64,000 nt of DNA from Deltaproteobacteria bacterium (GTDB taxonomy: Bacteria; Desulfobacterota; Desulfobacteria; Desulfobacterales; ETH-SRB1): the NCBI GenBank assembly GCA_030262895.1, contig JAJSZW010000001.1, positions 16,360 to 80,359 on the forward strand, written 5' to 3'. Below are positions 28,676-38,737 of this stretch, piece by piece (positions within the stretch are counted from its first letter, which is position 1; every line of letters starts with the position of its first letter). Both the position numbers and the translations under genes were made by a program. The notes under the pieces were generated by a model. That model did no database searches. It was not told the DNA's origin and saw nothing but the letters and a program-made list of their open reading frames with translations.

Positions 28676-28714
28676 CAAAAAAATGCGGCCCAATAAATAC
28701 TTAATTTGGGCCGC
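28676..28714 (-). terminator. Rho-independent terminator after the TPR gene
   Basis: The minus strand reads gcggccca-14 nt-tgggccgc followed by attttttt. Confidence 0.7.
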
Positions 28715-28733
28715 TTGATTAATTTAAGGTGAA

Positions 28734-29354
28734 TTATCTGTACTTATCAATTTCTTTTAGAATTTCAGGAGCTACCTCATAACCGAATTTGCTTGCTTTA
28801 TCACAATTTTCAACGGCTTTGTCATATTCACCTTTTTCCAAATACGCTATTGCTAAATTGTTGTAAGCAACTGCAAAATCAGGATCGAGTTCAATTACTT
28901 TTAAATTGGCTTCTATGCTTTCATCAATCAAGCCCGACATTAAATAAGCGCTTGCTAATGTAGAATGAGCCTGAATAAACCTGGAATTAAAAGTGAGAGC
29001 TTTTTTAAGGGCTGCGATAGCTTCTTCCGCCTCTCCCCTTTGAAGATGAACAAATCCCATATTACCATAACCTTCGAAAAAACCGGCCCTTGCCTTTGTT
29101 GCCCGTTTGTTGTATTCAAGGCAGCCGTCCAGGTCACCACGCTGCAGGCAGATCCCTCCAAGTTGTACGTAGGCTTCGGCAAGGCTTGGGCTGCAATCTA
29201 TCGCAGCATGCAGTTCTTTCTCAGCTTCATTGTATTTTTTCTGACCCATCAGGCCTACTGCAAGGTTATAGTGGGATGTTCCGCAATCCGGATTTGAAGC
29301 TACGCCGGTCCGTTGCATAGCAATATATTCTTCGACATTTTTTGCTTTTGGCAT
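28734..29354 (-). CDS. Tetratricopeptide-repeat protein
   Basis: 206 aa with repeated 34-aa TPR-like units (AxxxYxxLGxxxxxxGxxxEAxxxxxKAL pattern). Confidence 0.8.
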   Translation of the reverse strand: MPKAKNVEEYIAMQRTGVASNPDCGTSHYNLAVGLMGQKKYNEAEKELHAAIDCSPSLAEAYVQLGGICLQRGDLDGCLEYNKRATKARAGFFEGYGNMGFVHLQRGEAEEAIAALKKALTFNSRFIQAHSTLASAYLMSGLIDESIEANLKVIELDPDFAVAYNNLAIAYLEKGEYDKAVENCDKASKFGYEVAPEILKEIDKYR

Positions 29355-29401
29355 AATTTATTCCTTAAAAATTTTATTTAAAAAGTAGAATAAGATACAT
29401 A

Positions 29402-29471
29402 AGGAACGTGGACGAAATAACTTCCCCAAATCTATGCGCCTACTTTGGGAAGTTATTTCGTCCACGTTCCT
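29402..29471. repeat. Perfect 25-bp-stem hairpin in a divergent intergenic region
   Basis: aggaacgtggacgaaataacttccc (29402..29426) and its exact reverse complement (29447..29471), separated by a 20-nt loop caaatctatgcgcctacttt. Confidence 0.85.
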
Positions 29472-29706
29472 AAACGAGATGTCAAAATATTGAAAATTTT
29501 ATTTTGAGTTATTATAAAAATATTATCAACTAAAAACAGATTGAAGTCAATATTTAACTCTATAATATAACATCGATTCTTATCGAAATGTAAATTCAAG
29601 GGGAATATTTTTCCTTGACATGGTTATATATTTTATATAATTTCTTAACGTTATAGACTTATTGGGGGTAAATTTCTTCAACGTTGGGTTCAACAAGGAG
29701 GTTGTT

Positions 29707-30741
29707 ATGATAACAGGATCTTTCACAGCACTTATAACGCCATTTAATGATTTTGCCGTTGATTATGAAAATCTCGATAAGCTTGTGGATTTTCAGATAA
29801 AAAACGGCATAACGGGAATTTTGGCTGTTGGGACAACAGGCGAAAGCCCCTCTTTAACGTGGGATGAACACAATAAAGTTATAGAGAATATCGCAAAAAA
29901 AACAAAAGGTAAATCTGTTTGTATAGCAGGCACTGGAAGTAACAACACCAATGAAACTCTTGGAGCGACTGAGCATGCTGTCGGTGTTGGTGTTGATGCT
30001 GTGTTACTTGTGGACCCATATTATAACGGCCCAAGTTCACTTGAAATACGTAAAGAATATATTGGACCGGTTGCCAGAGCTTTTCCAGATGTTGAGATTA
30101 TTCCTTATGTAATTCCCGGCAGAACAGGCACACAGCTTTTACCTGAAGATTTAGCTTTCCTTAACAAGGAGTTTGGAAATGTTAATACAGTTAAAGAGGC
30201 AACTGGAAATATAGAAAATATGAGACATACCAGAGCTTGTTGCGGAAATAATTTTACCATTCTATCCGGTGATGATGGGATGACATATGATATGATGGTT
30301 GACCCGCAGATAAAAGCAGCCGGGGTTATTTCCGTTGTTTCAAATATCGCCCCAAAAGCTGTTTCTGAAATGGTTAAGTTCCTTGAGCAGGGTAACCAGG
30401 CCGAGGCCCAGAGACTGTTGTCAGCACTTGAACCGCTCTTTAAAATAGTTACTGTAAAAACCAGGGAAGTGACGCCATATGGGGAAGTTGTTTTCAGGGC
30501 AAGGAATCCTCTGGCCATAAAGGTACTGATGGCTATTCTTGGCGTTACATCCGGAGAATGCAGAAAGCCTTTGGGAAAAATAACAAAAAATGGTCTTGAT
30601 ATTGTTATTGAAGCGGCACGAAAGGTTCAGGCTGATAATCCTGAAATATTCCAGCCGGCAGCGGATTTCTTTGGAGTAGATATTGAGGCTCGTCTAAAAG
30701 ATCCTTCAAGCTGTGAAGGACTTTTTTATGAGGAATACTAA
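29707..30741 (+). CDS. dapA: 4-hydroxy-tetrahydrodipicolinate synthase (DapA family, with C-terminal extension)
   Basis: GTTGES, the DPYYN tyrosine region and the Schiff-base lysine context NTVKEATGN. The ATG at 29707 follows AAGGAGG; the ORF-track start 29662 is less likely. Confidence 0.8.
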   Translation: MITGSFTALITPFNDFAVDYENLDKLVDFQIKNGITGILAVGTTGESPSLTWDEHNKVIENIAKKTKGKSVCIAGTGSNNTNETLGATEHAVGVGVDAVLLVDPYYNGPSSLEIRKEYIGPVARAFPDVEIIPYVIPGRTGTQLLPEDLAFLNKEFGNVNTVKEATGNIENMRHTRACCGNNFTILSGDDGMTYDMMVDPQIKAAGVISVVSNIAPKAVSEMVKFLEQGNQAEAQRLLSALEPLFKIVTVKTREVTPYGEVVFRARNPLAIKVLMAILGVTSGECRKPLGKITKNGLDIVIEAARKVQADNPEIFQPAADFFGVDIEARLKDPSSCEGLFYEEY

Positions 30742-30756
30742 GCACAAAGGCATGTA

Positions 30757-30789
30757 AATGGTCGAGTAGTCAACCACTCGACCATTTTT
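30757..30789 (+). terminator. Hairpin terminator between convergent dapA and the YkgJ-like gene
   Basis: aatggtcgagt / actcgaccatt (11-bp stem, 8-nt loop) followed by tttt. Confidence 0.55.
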
Positions 30790-30803
30790 CCACTCAACCA
30801 GTA

Positions 30804-31598
30804 TCAATCAGATTTCTTCTTTTCTTTTATTTTGAAATCGCCGTCTTTAAAAAAGAGCCACTTCAGCCACTTGATTCCAAATTCTAATAGAGCAATTTCA
30901 TCTTTCTTTATTTTTTCAAGAGTTTCTTTTTCTATATCGTAGCGCTCAAGGAATGAACTTTCAAAAACAAACTCTCTGAACTTGTCAATATTGTAACTAA
31001 CCAAGAAAAACATTTTCTTGCTTTGTTCGGTGAGCATTACATTTTTTGGGAAAGATCTCTTTCTAACCAGCAAATCCGTCCAGCCGGCATTAATTTCATC
31101 GTGGATATCAACACCCTGATTTTTACGCCATTCACGTACAGTCCATATTTTTTCTTCTTCAAAGCCAAGGCAGTGAGGTTCATGTACAAAAAAATAGAAA
31201 TCCTTGTCATCGGCTCCTTCTTTGTGGCTCAACGAAGCAACGCCTAAAGGGTAATAACGACAGGTAGTGGGTCTGTCTTCATAAATTATGCATCCATCAT
31301 CCCTTACAAAAGGGCATGATTTTTCCTCATCGTCCATCAACTTTAAAGTTACAACAGGGAGATCTGTTTTCTCTAAAAGCTGTGGTTCAGTGTAGATTGC
31401 CAGGAATTCTTCTGATGAAAGCTGCAAACGATTTTTTAGCCTGATAATATCATAAGGGGTAAGATTAATGTTAATACCCCTGCAACACTTAGTAAAACAT
31501 TTTACACCCTTATGGCATTCGAACTTAAATTTGTCGTCAAGGCCGAATCTAACAGGTTCAATACCAGCCGTATCGGGCATATTATTTGACATATTCAT
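30804..31598 (-). CDS. YkgJ/UPF0153-like cysteine-cluster protein
   Basis: 264 aa with an N-terminal Cys cluster (CHKGVKCFTKCC) and later CPF...C...C residues. Confidence 0.55.
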   Translation of the reverse strand: MNMSNNMPDTAGIEPVRFGLDDKFKFECHKGVKCFTKCCRGININLTPYDIIRLKNRLQLSSEEFLAIYTEPQLLEKTDLPVVTLKLMDDEEKSCPFVRDDGCIIYEDRPTTCRYYPLGVASLSHKEGADDKDFYFFVHEPHCLGFEEEKIWTVREWRKNQGVDIHDEINAGWTDLLVRKRSFPKNVMLTEQSKKMFFLVSYNIDKFREFVFESSFLERYDIEKETLEKIKKDEIALLEFGIKWLKWLFFKDGDFKIKEKKKSD

Positions 31599-31773
31599 AT
31601 GTTATTTTTCCTTTCACAGGATTTAGATTGTATCAAAAAGCTTGACCTTTTCCTATCTGAATAAAAAAATGATGTCAATAGATCAGATTTTGTAATACAG
31701 GGCAAACGCATTTGGAAATTTTATTCCTTGATTTAAAGCGGAAATATTCTTATATATCAAAAGTTAAAATATC

Positions 31774-31955
31774 ATAACTACTCAGGTTGGTTAGGCTGAA
31801 GACTGAAGACTGAAGACCTTTAGGGAAAAGACTCCCAGAAGCCAATATTTTCTTAAAGCGGCCTGAAATTTTGTCTTAAACTTAGAGAATAACGCTCAGG
31901 AATCATCTGTTTCCTTCAGCCTTATAGCCTTCAGTCTAAACACCTGAGAACTTAC
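31774..31955 (+). repeat. A-family MITE-like element, copy A3 (long variant)
   Basis: ataactactcaggttggttaggctgaagactgaagactgaag ... ccttcagccttatagccttcagtctaaacacctgagaacttac. A4 is its inverted deletion derivative. Confidence 0.85.
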
Positions 31956-31987
31956 ATATACTTTCCACGGCTATAAACTGCGCTTTT

Positions 31988-32140
31988 TGAAACGGTCAGG
32001 ATTATAAGGAAAAATTAAACCACGAAGGACACGAAGGGGCACGAAGATTAGAATTAATGCTTTTTATAATTTCTTTGTGTTCTTCGTGAGCTTTGTGGTG
32101 AAAAAAACATAATAAAAAAGCTCAGATTTTGACCGTTCAC
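31988..32140. repeat. CACGAAG-word nested-palindrome element
   Basis: Outer repeat aacggtca / tgaccgtt. Inner arms accacgaaggacacgaaggggcacgaaga / tcttcgtgagctttgtggt. Confidence 0.6.
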
Positions 32141-32170
32141 AGTATAAATTGGATTTAACCTTTTATTTAT

Positions 32171-32650
32171 ATGAAGAATATATCTATAGCTGAATTTAAA
32201 CCCGGGCGTTTTTTTTTAGGAAAACTTCCTTTTGGCAAGGATTTGATAGCCTCTGTTGAGGATTTCTGTAAAGAAGCCTCAATCCGGATGGCCGTTTTTT
32301 CAGTTATTGGTTCTGTTTCATCTGTTACATTAGGATGTTATGACCAAAAACAACAGGTTTATGTAACTTTCAACGAAGAAGCTCCTCTTGAAATCACAGC
32401 ATGTATTGGTAACGTTTCAATAAAAGAGGGTAGTCCATTTGTACATGCGCACATTGTTTTAAGTGATGAAAAAGGTAAAATCATTGGAGGGCATGTTTTT
32501 TCAGAAACAATTATTTTTGCGGGCGAAATCAGTCTTCAGGAATTAAAAGGAAAGCCATTTGAAAGAGCTTATGATAATAAAACCGGTCTTATGTTATGGA
32601 ATTTATCTGGTAAAATCCGATCATCTATTTCGCTTAATGATGCGGGTTGA
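32171..32650 (+). CDS. PPC (DUF296) domain DNA-binding-like protein
   Basis: 159 aa with the typical DUF296 pattern (GSVSSVTLG...FVHAHIVLSDEKGKIIGGHV). Confidence 0.65.
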   Translation: MKNISIAEFKPGRFFLGKLPFGKDLIASVEDFCKEASIRMAVFSVIGSVSSVTLGCYDQKQQVYVTFNEEAPLEITACIGNVSIKEGSPFVHAHIVLSDEKGKIIGGHVFSETIIFAGEISLQELKGKPFERAYDNKTGLMLWNLSGKIRSSISLNDAG

Positions 32651-32660
32651 GGAGGCTTGA

Positions 32661-33728
32661 GTGCAAATAACTGTTAAAAGATGCGATAAATTGAAACAGC
32701 GGCCGGATGATTCCAGTCTTGGTTTTGGGTCGATATTTACAGACCATATGTTTAATATGGATTACAATCCTAAAGATGGATGGCATAATCCGCGCATAGA
32801 GCCATACTCATCCATCACAATGGATCCGGCGACAATGGTTCTTCATTATGGTCAGTCCATTTTTGAGGGGCTCAAATCTTTCAGGACAGAGTCAGGCATT
32901 ATTCAGCTTTTTCGACCGACAGATAATTTTACGAGGCTGAATAAATCTGCAAGAGCTCTATGCATCCCTGAGGTTGATGAGGACTTTCTCTTTCACGCTT
33001 TGAAACAGTTGCTGAATATTGAAAAGGACTGGGTCCCGAGTGCTCCGGAAACTTCCCTTTATATACGACCGGCAATTATTGCCATGGACCCGTTTCTGGG
33101 GGTACGTGCTTCTCATACCTATCGTTTGTTTATTATTCTTTCACCAGTTGGTGCATATTATAAAGAAGGCTTTAATCCGGTTAAAATCTGGGTAACAAAA
33201 AACCATGTTAGAGCCATACGCGGCGGTGTTGGAAATGTCAAAACAGCCGGAAACTATGCAGCAAGTCTTTATGCCGGCGAAGAAGCCCATAAAAAAGGTT
33301 ATACACAGGTTTTATGGCTTGACGGAGTTGAACATAAATATGTGGAAGAAGTTGGATCCATGAACATATTTTTTGTCATAGATGACGAGATTATTACTCC
33401 AATGTTAACCGGAAGCATACTTCCAGGTATTACCAGAGATTCTGTAATCTTCCTTGCAAAAATGTGGAATTTGAAAGTTGAAGAGAGGAAAATCAGTATA
33501 GACGAATTAATTGATGCACACGAATCAGGCAAGCTTCAAGAGATCTTCGGATCAGGCACCGCTGCCGTTATTTCACCTGTTGGTGAAATAAGATACGCCG
33601 AAAAGGTTTTAACCATAAACGACGGTAAAGTTGGTCCAATGGCAAACAAGTTTTACAATGCCATCACAGACTTACAGTATGGCAGGGCAGAAGATCCTTT
33701 TGGATGGATTGAGGGGGTATTTATTTGA
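32661..33728 (+). CDS. ilvE: Branched-chain-amino-acid aminotransferase
   Basis: 355 aa (GTG start). Class IV aminotransferase blocks (YGQSIFEGLK, GNVKTAGNYAASL, EEVGSMNIF). Confidence 0.9.
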   Translation: MQITVKRCDKLKQRPDDSSLGFGSIFTDHMFNMDYNPKDGWHNPRIEPYSSITMDPATMVLHYGQSIFEGLKSFRTESGIIQLFRPTDNFTRLNKSARALCIPEVDEDFLFHALKQLLNIEKDWVPSAPETSLYIRPAIIAMDPFLGVRASHTYRLFIILSPVGAYYKEGFNPVKIWVTKNHVRAIRGGVGNVKTAGNYAASLYAGEEAHKKGYTQVLWLDGVEHKYVEEVGSMNIFFVIDDEIITPMLTGSILPGITRDSVIFLAKMWNLKVEERKISIDELIDAHESGKLQEIFGSGTAAVISPVGEIRYAEKVLTINDGKVGPMANKFYNAITDLQYGRAEDPFGWIEGVFI

Positions 33729-35128
33729 AGAATCCGAGCGAACCAAAACATTTGCAGTCCTTTATATCAAAAATGAAAAAAGAGGGTATTCAGCCCATAG
33801 TTATTGATACATTTGTATATTATTATGAAAAAGTCGTTGCAGAGGAAAAAGGACTTATTTTTGACAGCGATATAAGACCCATTAATGCAGACGAGATTGA
33901 AGATGCAAGAGATGCATCTGAATATGCAGATGCCGGTGAAAAAGCATTAAAACATGTCGTTATGATAATTTTAAACGGCGGTCTGGGCACAACTATGGGC
34001 CTGACAAAAGCAAAGTCTTTAATACAGGCAAAAAATGACAAGACTTTTCTTGAAATAATATTGGATCAAGCGGAAAAATTCAATGTCAACCTGTGCCTTA
34101 TGAACAGTTTCAGTACTCATCAGGATACAATTTCCGCGCTGTCAATGATTAAACCATCCAGATTTCCCAGATTATTCCTTCAGCATAAGTTTCCCAAAAT
34201 CTTACATCATGATCTTTCTCCTGCAGACTGGCCAGGGAATCGACGCCTAGAGTGGAATCCGCCAGGGCATGGAGATGTTTATACAGCGCTGTTAACGTCC
34301 GGAATCCTTCAGCAACTGCTTGATGAAGGAATTAGATATGCTTTTATTGCAAATTCAGATAATTTAGTCGCCACTATAGACAAATCGCTCCTTGGATTTT
34401 TTTCTGAGAAAGGTTTCCCTTTTATGATGGAGGTCTCGGAAAGGATACCCGTTGATTTCAAAGGAGGACATATAGCCAGACATAAGAACGGCCATTTAAT
34501 TTTGCGTGAATCTGCTCAATGTCCGAAAAGGGATATTGAAAGGTGTAGGGATATAAGTCATTATAAATATTTTAATACAAATAATATCTGGCTTGATTTA
34601 AGATTTTTAAAGAGTTTAATTGAAAAACATGGGACAATTAAACTTCCGATGATCGTGAACCCAAAAAATTTAGATCCAAGAGATGAATTCAGCCCGTCCG
34701 TATACCAGATAGAAACCGCAATGGGATCGGCAATCTCAATTATTGAAGGGTCAACAGCAATCAGGGTTCCCAGATCCCGTTTTTTTCCTGTTAAAACATG
34801 CAATGAACTATTGGCTGTTCGTTCCGACTGCTTTTTATTTTCAGACGATAAACAGCTAATAGTAAACCCGGAAAGAGAACAAGATGATAACTGTTTCAAT
34901 ATAAATATAGATCTTGATCCCAGATATTACAGCAAAATAGATATGTTTAATAAAAGGTTTGCAAACGGCATTCCTTCTTTAATTGACTGCAACTCTTTGA
35001 AAATAATCGGGGATGTGTTTTTTGAGGGAAATGTAAAGATTAAGGGGAATGTTGTAATAAATAACAGGAGCGGGTTTCAGGCAGTTATAAAGGAAGGTAT
35101 GGTTATAGAAAGACACATTGAGTTTTAA
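33725..35128 (+). CDS. UTP--glucose-1-phosphate uridylyltransferase (UDPGP/eukaryote-type family)
   Basis: 467 aa. Carries LNGGLGTTMG and NSDNL blocks. The TTG start overlaps the ilvE stop by 4 nt. Confidence 0.8.
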   Translation: MKNPSEPKHLQSFISKMKKEGIQPIVIDTFVYYYEKVVAEEKGLIFDSDIRPINADEIEDARDASEYADAGEKALKHVVMIILNGGLGTTMGLTKAKSLIQAKNDKTFLEIILDQAEKFNVNLCLMNSFSTHQDTISALSMIKPSRFPRLFLQHKFPKILHHDLSPADWPGNRRLEWNPPGHGDVYTALLTSGILQQLLDEGIRYAFIANSDNLVATIDKSLLGFFSEKGFPFMMEVSERIPVDFKGGHIARHKNGHLILRESAQCPKRDIERCRDISHYKYFNTNNIWLDLRFLKSLIEKHGTIKLPMIVNPKNLDPRDEFSPSVYQIETAMGSAISIIEGSTAIRVPRSRFFPVKTCNELLAVRSDCFLFSDDKQLIVNPEREQDDNCFNINIDLDPRYYSKIDMFNKRFANGIPSLIDCNSLKIIGDVFFEGNVKIKGNVVINNRSGFQAVIKEGMVIERHIEF

Positions 35129-35323
35129 AATTTTCTTGACAAACTTATTTTCAATAAGTAAAGAGACTTCTTTCATTTGACGGCAATAAATTTCAGCCAA
35201 CTAATTAAATGTAATGGTGTTTTATAATCAGCTATTACTGTAACCATAGAGGATTGGATTGAGATGATGTAAATTCTTTTTCTAATTTGGAAATCACAGT
35301 TAATATAAATCCCCATATGGCAT

Positions 35324-35350
35324 AATCCCCAATGCGGGATTTTTTATTTT
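35324..35350 (+). terminator. Weak terminator-like hairpin upstream of the EF-G gene
   Basis: aatccc-caatgc-gggatt followed by ttttatttt. Only a 6-bp stem. Confidence 0.35.
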
Positions 35351-35388
35351 CAGTTTTTGTAATATTATAAATTCAGGGTAAAAACATT

Positions 35389-37473
35389 ATGGAAAAGACT
35401 TCTCACAAAGTTAGAAACTTAGGCATAAGCGCACATATTGATTCAGGCAAAACCACGCTTACCGAAAGGATTCTCTTTTACACCAAACGCATACATACAA
35501 TACATGACGTGAAAGGAAAAGATGGTGTTGGTGCAACAATGGATTCCATGGAGCTTGAAAAGGAGCGCGGCATAACTATAGCTTCAGCGGCAACATATTG
35601 TGAATGGCAGGACCATGAGATCAATATCATTGATACCCCGGGGCATGTTGATTTTACAATAGAGGTGGAAAGAGCTTTAAAGGTCCTTGACGGTGCAATA
35701 CTTGTTCTGTGTTCTGTGGGAGGTGTTCAGTCACAGTCCATTACTGTTGATCAGCAGATGAAGCGGTACAAAGTGCCTTGTCTGGCCTTTATCAATAAAT
35801 GTGACAGAAGCGGAGCCAACCCTTCCCGTGTAATCGAACAGTTGAAGAACAAGCTTGGGCACAATGCGGTTGCCATGCAGATTCCAATAGGGCTTGAAGC
35901 GGATTTTGAAGGTTTGGTTGACCTGGTTTCTATGAAGGCTGTTTATTTTGATGGTATAAATGGAGAAAATATTCGTGTTGAAGATATTCCTGAGAACCTT
36001 TTGCCGGAAGCCGTTGGAAAGCGTGAAGAACTGATTGATGTTGCTTCTATGTTTTCAGACGAACTCATGGAGGCTGCTCTTGAGGATAACATTACGGATG
36101 AACTCCTTATTTCTGCTGTGCGAAGAGGTACAATCGCCCGCGAAATAACTCCCGTTTTTATAGGATCAGCCTATAAAAACAAGGGGGTTCAGCTGATTCT
36201 TGATGCAGTAACAAATCTTTTGCCCTGTCCATCAGAGATAGAAAATCATGCCCTTGATCTTAGTAATAATGAGGCTGAAGTAATTCTTTCCAATGATTCA
36301 CAAAAACCGCTTGTTGCTTATGCTTTCAAGATAGAAGAAGGACAGTACGGGCAGCTTACCTATGTGCGTGTTTATCAGGGAGCGCTTGCAAAGGGAGATA
36401 CAATTTTTAATATCAGGACCGGAAAAAAGGTAAAAGTCGGCAGGGTTGCTCGCATGCATGCAAACCAGATGGAAGATATCGGGAAAATCTCGGCAGGATA
36501 TATAGGGGCTCTTTTTGGTATTGATTGTGCTTCAGGCGATACTTTTGCGTCTAAAGACGTTAATCTTACCATGACATCCATGTATATACCGGAACCTGTT
36601 ATTTCATTCGCCATTATTCCTAAAGATAGCACGGCTGAAATCAATATGTCCAAAGCCCTGAACCGTTTTTCAAAGGAAGATCCAACCTTTATAACATATG
36701 TAAGCGAGGAGACAGGCGATACAATTATTTCGGGAATGGGAGAGCTGCACCTTGATGTATATATAGAAAGGATGCGTCGCGAGTACAACGCAGAAGTTAC
36801 AACCGGTACTCCTACCGTATCTTATAGAGAAACTATTACGAGACTGGCTGAATTCAACTATACACATAAAAAACAGACAGGTGGCGCCGGGCAGTTTGGC
36901 CGTGTAGCTGGTTATATGGAACCGGTTATTGAAGAAGAATTTGTATTTGAAAACAAAATTACTGGTGGATCAATTCCAACACAGTTTATTCCTGCATGTG
37001 AAAAGGCGTTCAAAAAGTGTCTTGAAAAAGGGCCTAAAATGGAATTCCCGGTTACTGGCATTAAAATTGTTATCAATGACGGACAATCTCATTCTGTTGA
37101 TTCGTCGGAGATGGCATTCCAGGCGGCTGCCCGTGGAGCTTTTCTGGAAGGTTATGCAAAAGCCAAGCCGGTTATTCATGAGCCTATAATGAAGGTTGTT
37201 GTTGAGACACCTACTGAATATCAGGGCGCTGTTATGGGTTCTCTTAACCAGAGGCGGGGAATAATTCTTGCTTCTCAGGATGAAGGTTACATATGTGTTA
37301 TCGAAGCTCAGATTCCTCTTGCTGAGATGTTTGGTTATTCCACTGTATTGAGATCGTTAACTCAAGGTAAGGCTCAGTTTACCATGGAATTTTATATATA
37401 TAAACAGGTCCCCAATTCGATCGCTGAGGAACTGGCAAAAAAGGCCGCGGAAGAAAAGAAGAATGTTGCGTAG
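35389..37473 (+). CDS. fusA: Elongation factor G (paralog, EF-G2-like context)
   Basis: 694 aa. GTPase motifs [18 protein letters not shown], and EF-G domains II-V. It is not next to rpsG/tuf. Confidence 0.85.
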   Translation: MEKTSHKVRNLGISAHIDSGKTTLTERILFYTKRIHTIHDVKGKDGVGATMDSMELEKERGITIASAATYCEWQDHEINIIDTPGHVDFTIEVERALKVLDGAILVLCSVGGVQSQSITVDQQMKRYKVPCLAFINKCDRSGANPSRVIEQLKNKLGHNAVAMQIPIGLEADFEGLVDLVSMKAVYFDGINGENIRVEDIPENLLPEAVGKREELIDVASMFSDELMEAALEDNITDELLISAVRRGTIAREITPVFIGSAYKNKGVQLILDAVTNLLPCPSEIENHALDLSNNEAEVILSNDSQKPLVAYAFKIEEGQYGQLTYVRVYQGALAKGDTIFNIRTGKKVKVGRVARMHANQMEDIGKISAGYIGALFGIDCASGDTFASKDVNLTMTSMYIPEPVISFAIIPKDSTAEINMSKALNRFSKEDPTFITYVSEETGDTIISGMGELHLDVYIERMRREYNAEVTTGTPTVSYRETITRLAEFNYTHKKQTGGAGQFGRVAGYMEPVIEEEFVFENKITGGSIPTQFIPACEKAFKKCLEKGPKMEFPVTGIKIVINDGQSHSVDSSEMAFQAAARGAFLEGYAKAKPVIHEPIMKVVVETPTEYQGAVMGSLNQRRGIILASQDEGYICVIEAQIPLAEMFGYSTVLRSLTQGKAQFTMEFYIYKQVPNSIAEELAKKAAEEKKNVA

Positions 37474-37484
37474 CAATTTATTAG

Positions 37485-37508
37485 CGGTTCACGATTCACG
37501 GTTTTTTT
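37485..37508. repeat. GTGAACCG-word fragment (copy d) after the EF-G stop
   Basis: gcggttcacgattcacggttttttt. One arm only, followed by a T-run. Confidence 0.5.
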
Positions 37509-37562
37509 CAGAAAACAGCGACAAGCAGTAAGATCATTTACCTTAAAGAAAGGAATTTTAAT

Positions 37563-38258
37563 ATGTTAAAAAAGAAACTAATCTTCCGTAATCCTCTGAG
37601 GCTTATGGGGCATAAAGCAGAGGATATTCTTCATTCAGGAGGGTTTGGCGCTGTATTGGCGCGGGCTGGTTTAGGTAAAACAGCAATTCTTGTGCAGTTA
37701 GCGTTGGATAGTCTTCTGAGAAGCAGAAATGTTCTTCACATAAGTTTGGATGATCCAGTAAAAAAAGTGTGCCTGTGGTATGAAGAGGTGTTCCGAAATA
37801 TTGCGGATCAATATAATATTCGTCAGACAGAGCAGTTATGGGAGACCATAGTGTCTAACCGGCTTATAATGACGTTTAAGGTAGATAGCTTTAGCGTGCC
37901 CAAACTTGAAGAAAGGCTGACCGATCTGATAGAGCAGAACATTTTTTTACCGCAGGCAATTCTTATTGACGGCCTTCCATTTGATAAAGACATAAGAGAA
38001 TCTTTAACAGAATTAAAAAAACTTGCTGAAAACCGTTCTATGCATGTCTGGTTTACAGTAAGGACGCACCGCCATGATGAACCTGGTCCGGATGATATGC
38101 CCGCTTCTCTTTTGCACCTGGCTGATCTTTTTGATATTATTATTCAGCTTCAACCCGAAGGAAAAGAAATTCATGTTAAAGCGCTAAAAGGAGGACTTGA
38201 AGCTTGTAACTATCCTGAATTGCTTTTGGATCCTTCTACCATGCTGGTAAAAGGATAG
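37563..38258 (+). CDS. Small P-loop protein (RecA/KaiC-like fold suspected), function unknown
   Basis: 231 aa. Walker-A-like ARAGLGKT, and a hydrophobic strand plus Asp (AILIDGLPFD) as a possible Walker B. Confidence 0.55.
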   Translation: MLKKKLIFRNPLRLMGHKAEDILHSGGFGAVLARAGLGKTAILVQLALDSLLRSRNVLHISLDDPVKKVCLWYEEVFRNIADQYNIRQTEQLWETIVSNRLIMTFKVDSFSVPKLEERLTDLIEQNIFLPQAILIDGLPFDKDIRESLTELKKLAENRSMHVWFTVRTHRHDEPGPDDMPASLLHLADLFDIIIQLQPEGKEIHVKALKGGLEACNYPELLLDPSTMLVKG

Positions 38259-38263
38259 CATTG

Positions 38264-38632
38264 TCAAATCCAGGTTATCATCACCGTTCCAATTACTATT
38301 GAAATTATTCCAAACAGCCTGTAAGTTTGATCCGAAGCTGTATTTAAATACCAGTTCCTGATATTATCAAAAGAATTTTTGGGATTAAAAAGAACAAATA
38401 ATCCTTTGCCTATTGCAATAATTCCAAGAACTACTATGAACCAGAAGCCTTGTGCCTGAAATGCTGAAATAATAAGCAGAAGGCCTATTATAATTGCTGA
38501 AGCTGCAATAATTTTTTCATAATTTTTAGTCAGCACATTTTTAAGCAGCTCTCTGCATTGTATGGTATAAAGAATAAAACATGAACCTGACGCGATCAAA
38601 CTAAAACTAATAAGATAGAGAAACCATTTCAT
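38264..38632 (-). CDS. Small integral membrane protein (4 TM), unknown function
   Basis: 122 aa, strongly hydrophobic. Last gene of the minus-strand radical-SAM operon. Confidence 0.55.
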   Translation of the reverse strand: MKWFLYLISFSLIASGSCFILYTIQCRELLKNVLTKNYEKIIAASAIIIGLLLIISAFQAQGFWFIVVLGIIAIGKGLFVLFNPKNSFDNIRNWYLNTASDQTYRLFGIISIVIGTVMITWI

Positions 38633-38647
38633 TGCCGATGCACTCCT

Positions 38648-38731
38648 TTCACGGTTTACAGTTAACGGTCTACAGTTAACTGTTGCTCAAAAATATAAAA
38701 CTATTAACTGTAAACCGACAACCGTGAACCG
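38648..38731. repeat. GTGAACCG-word hairpin element (copy e)
   Basis: ttcacggtttacagttaacggtctacagttaactgtt - loop - aactgtaaaccgacaaccgtgaaccg. Confidence 0.75.
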
Positions 38732-38737
38732 CTACAA

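Noticed and set aside
35389-37473. EF-G gene outside the str operon considered anomalous.
   Set aside because: Second EF-G paralogs are common in deltaproteobacteria. All GTPase motifs are intact, and nothing in the sequence is unusual.
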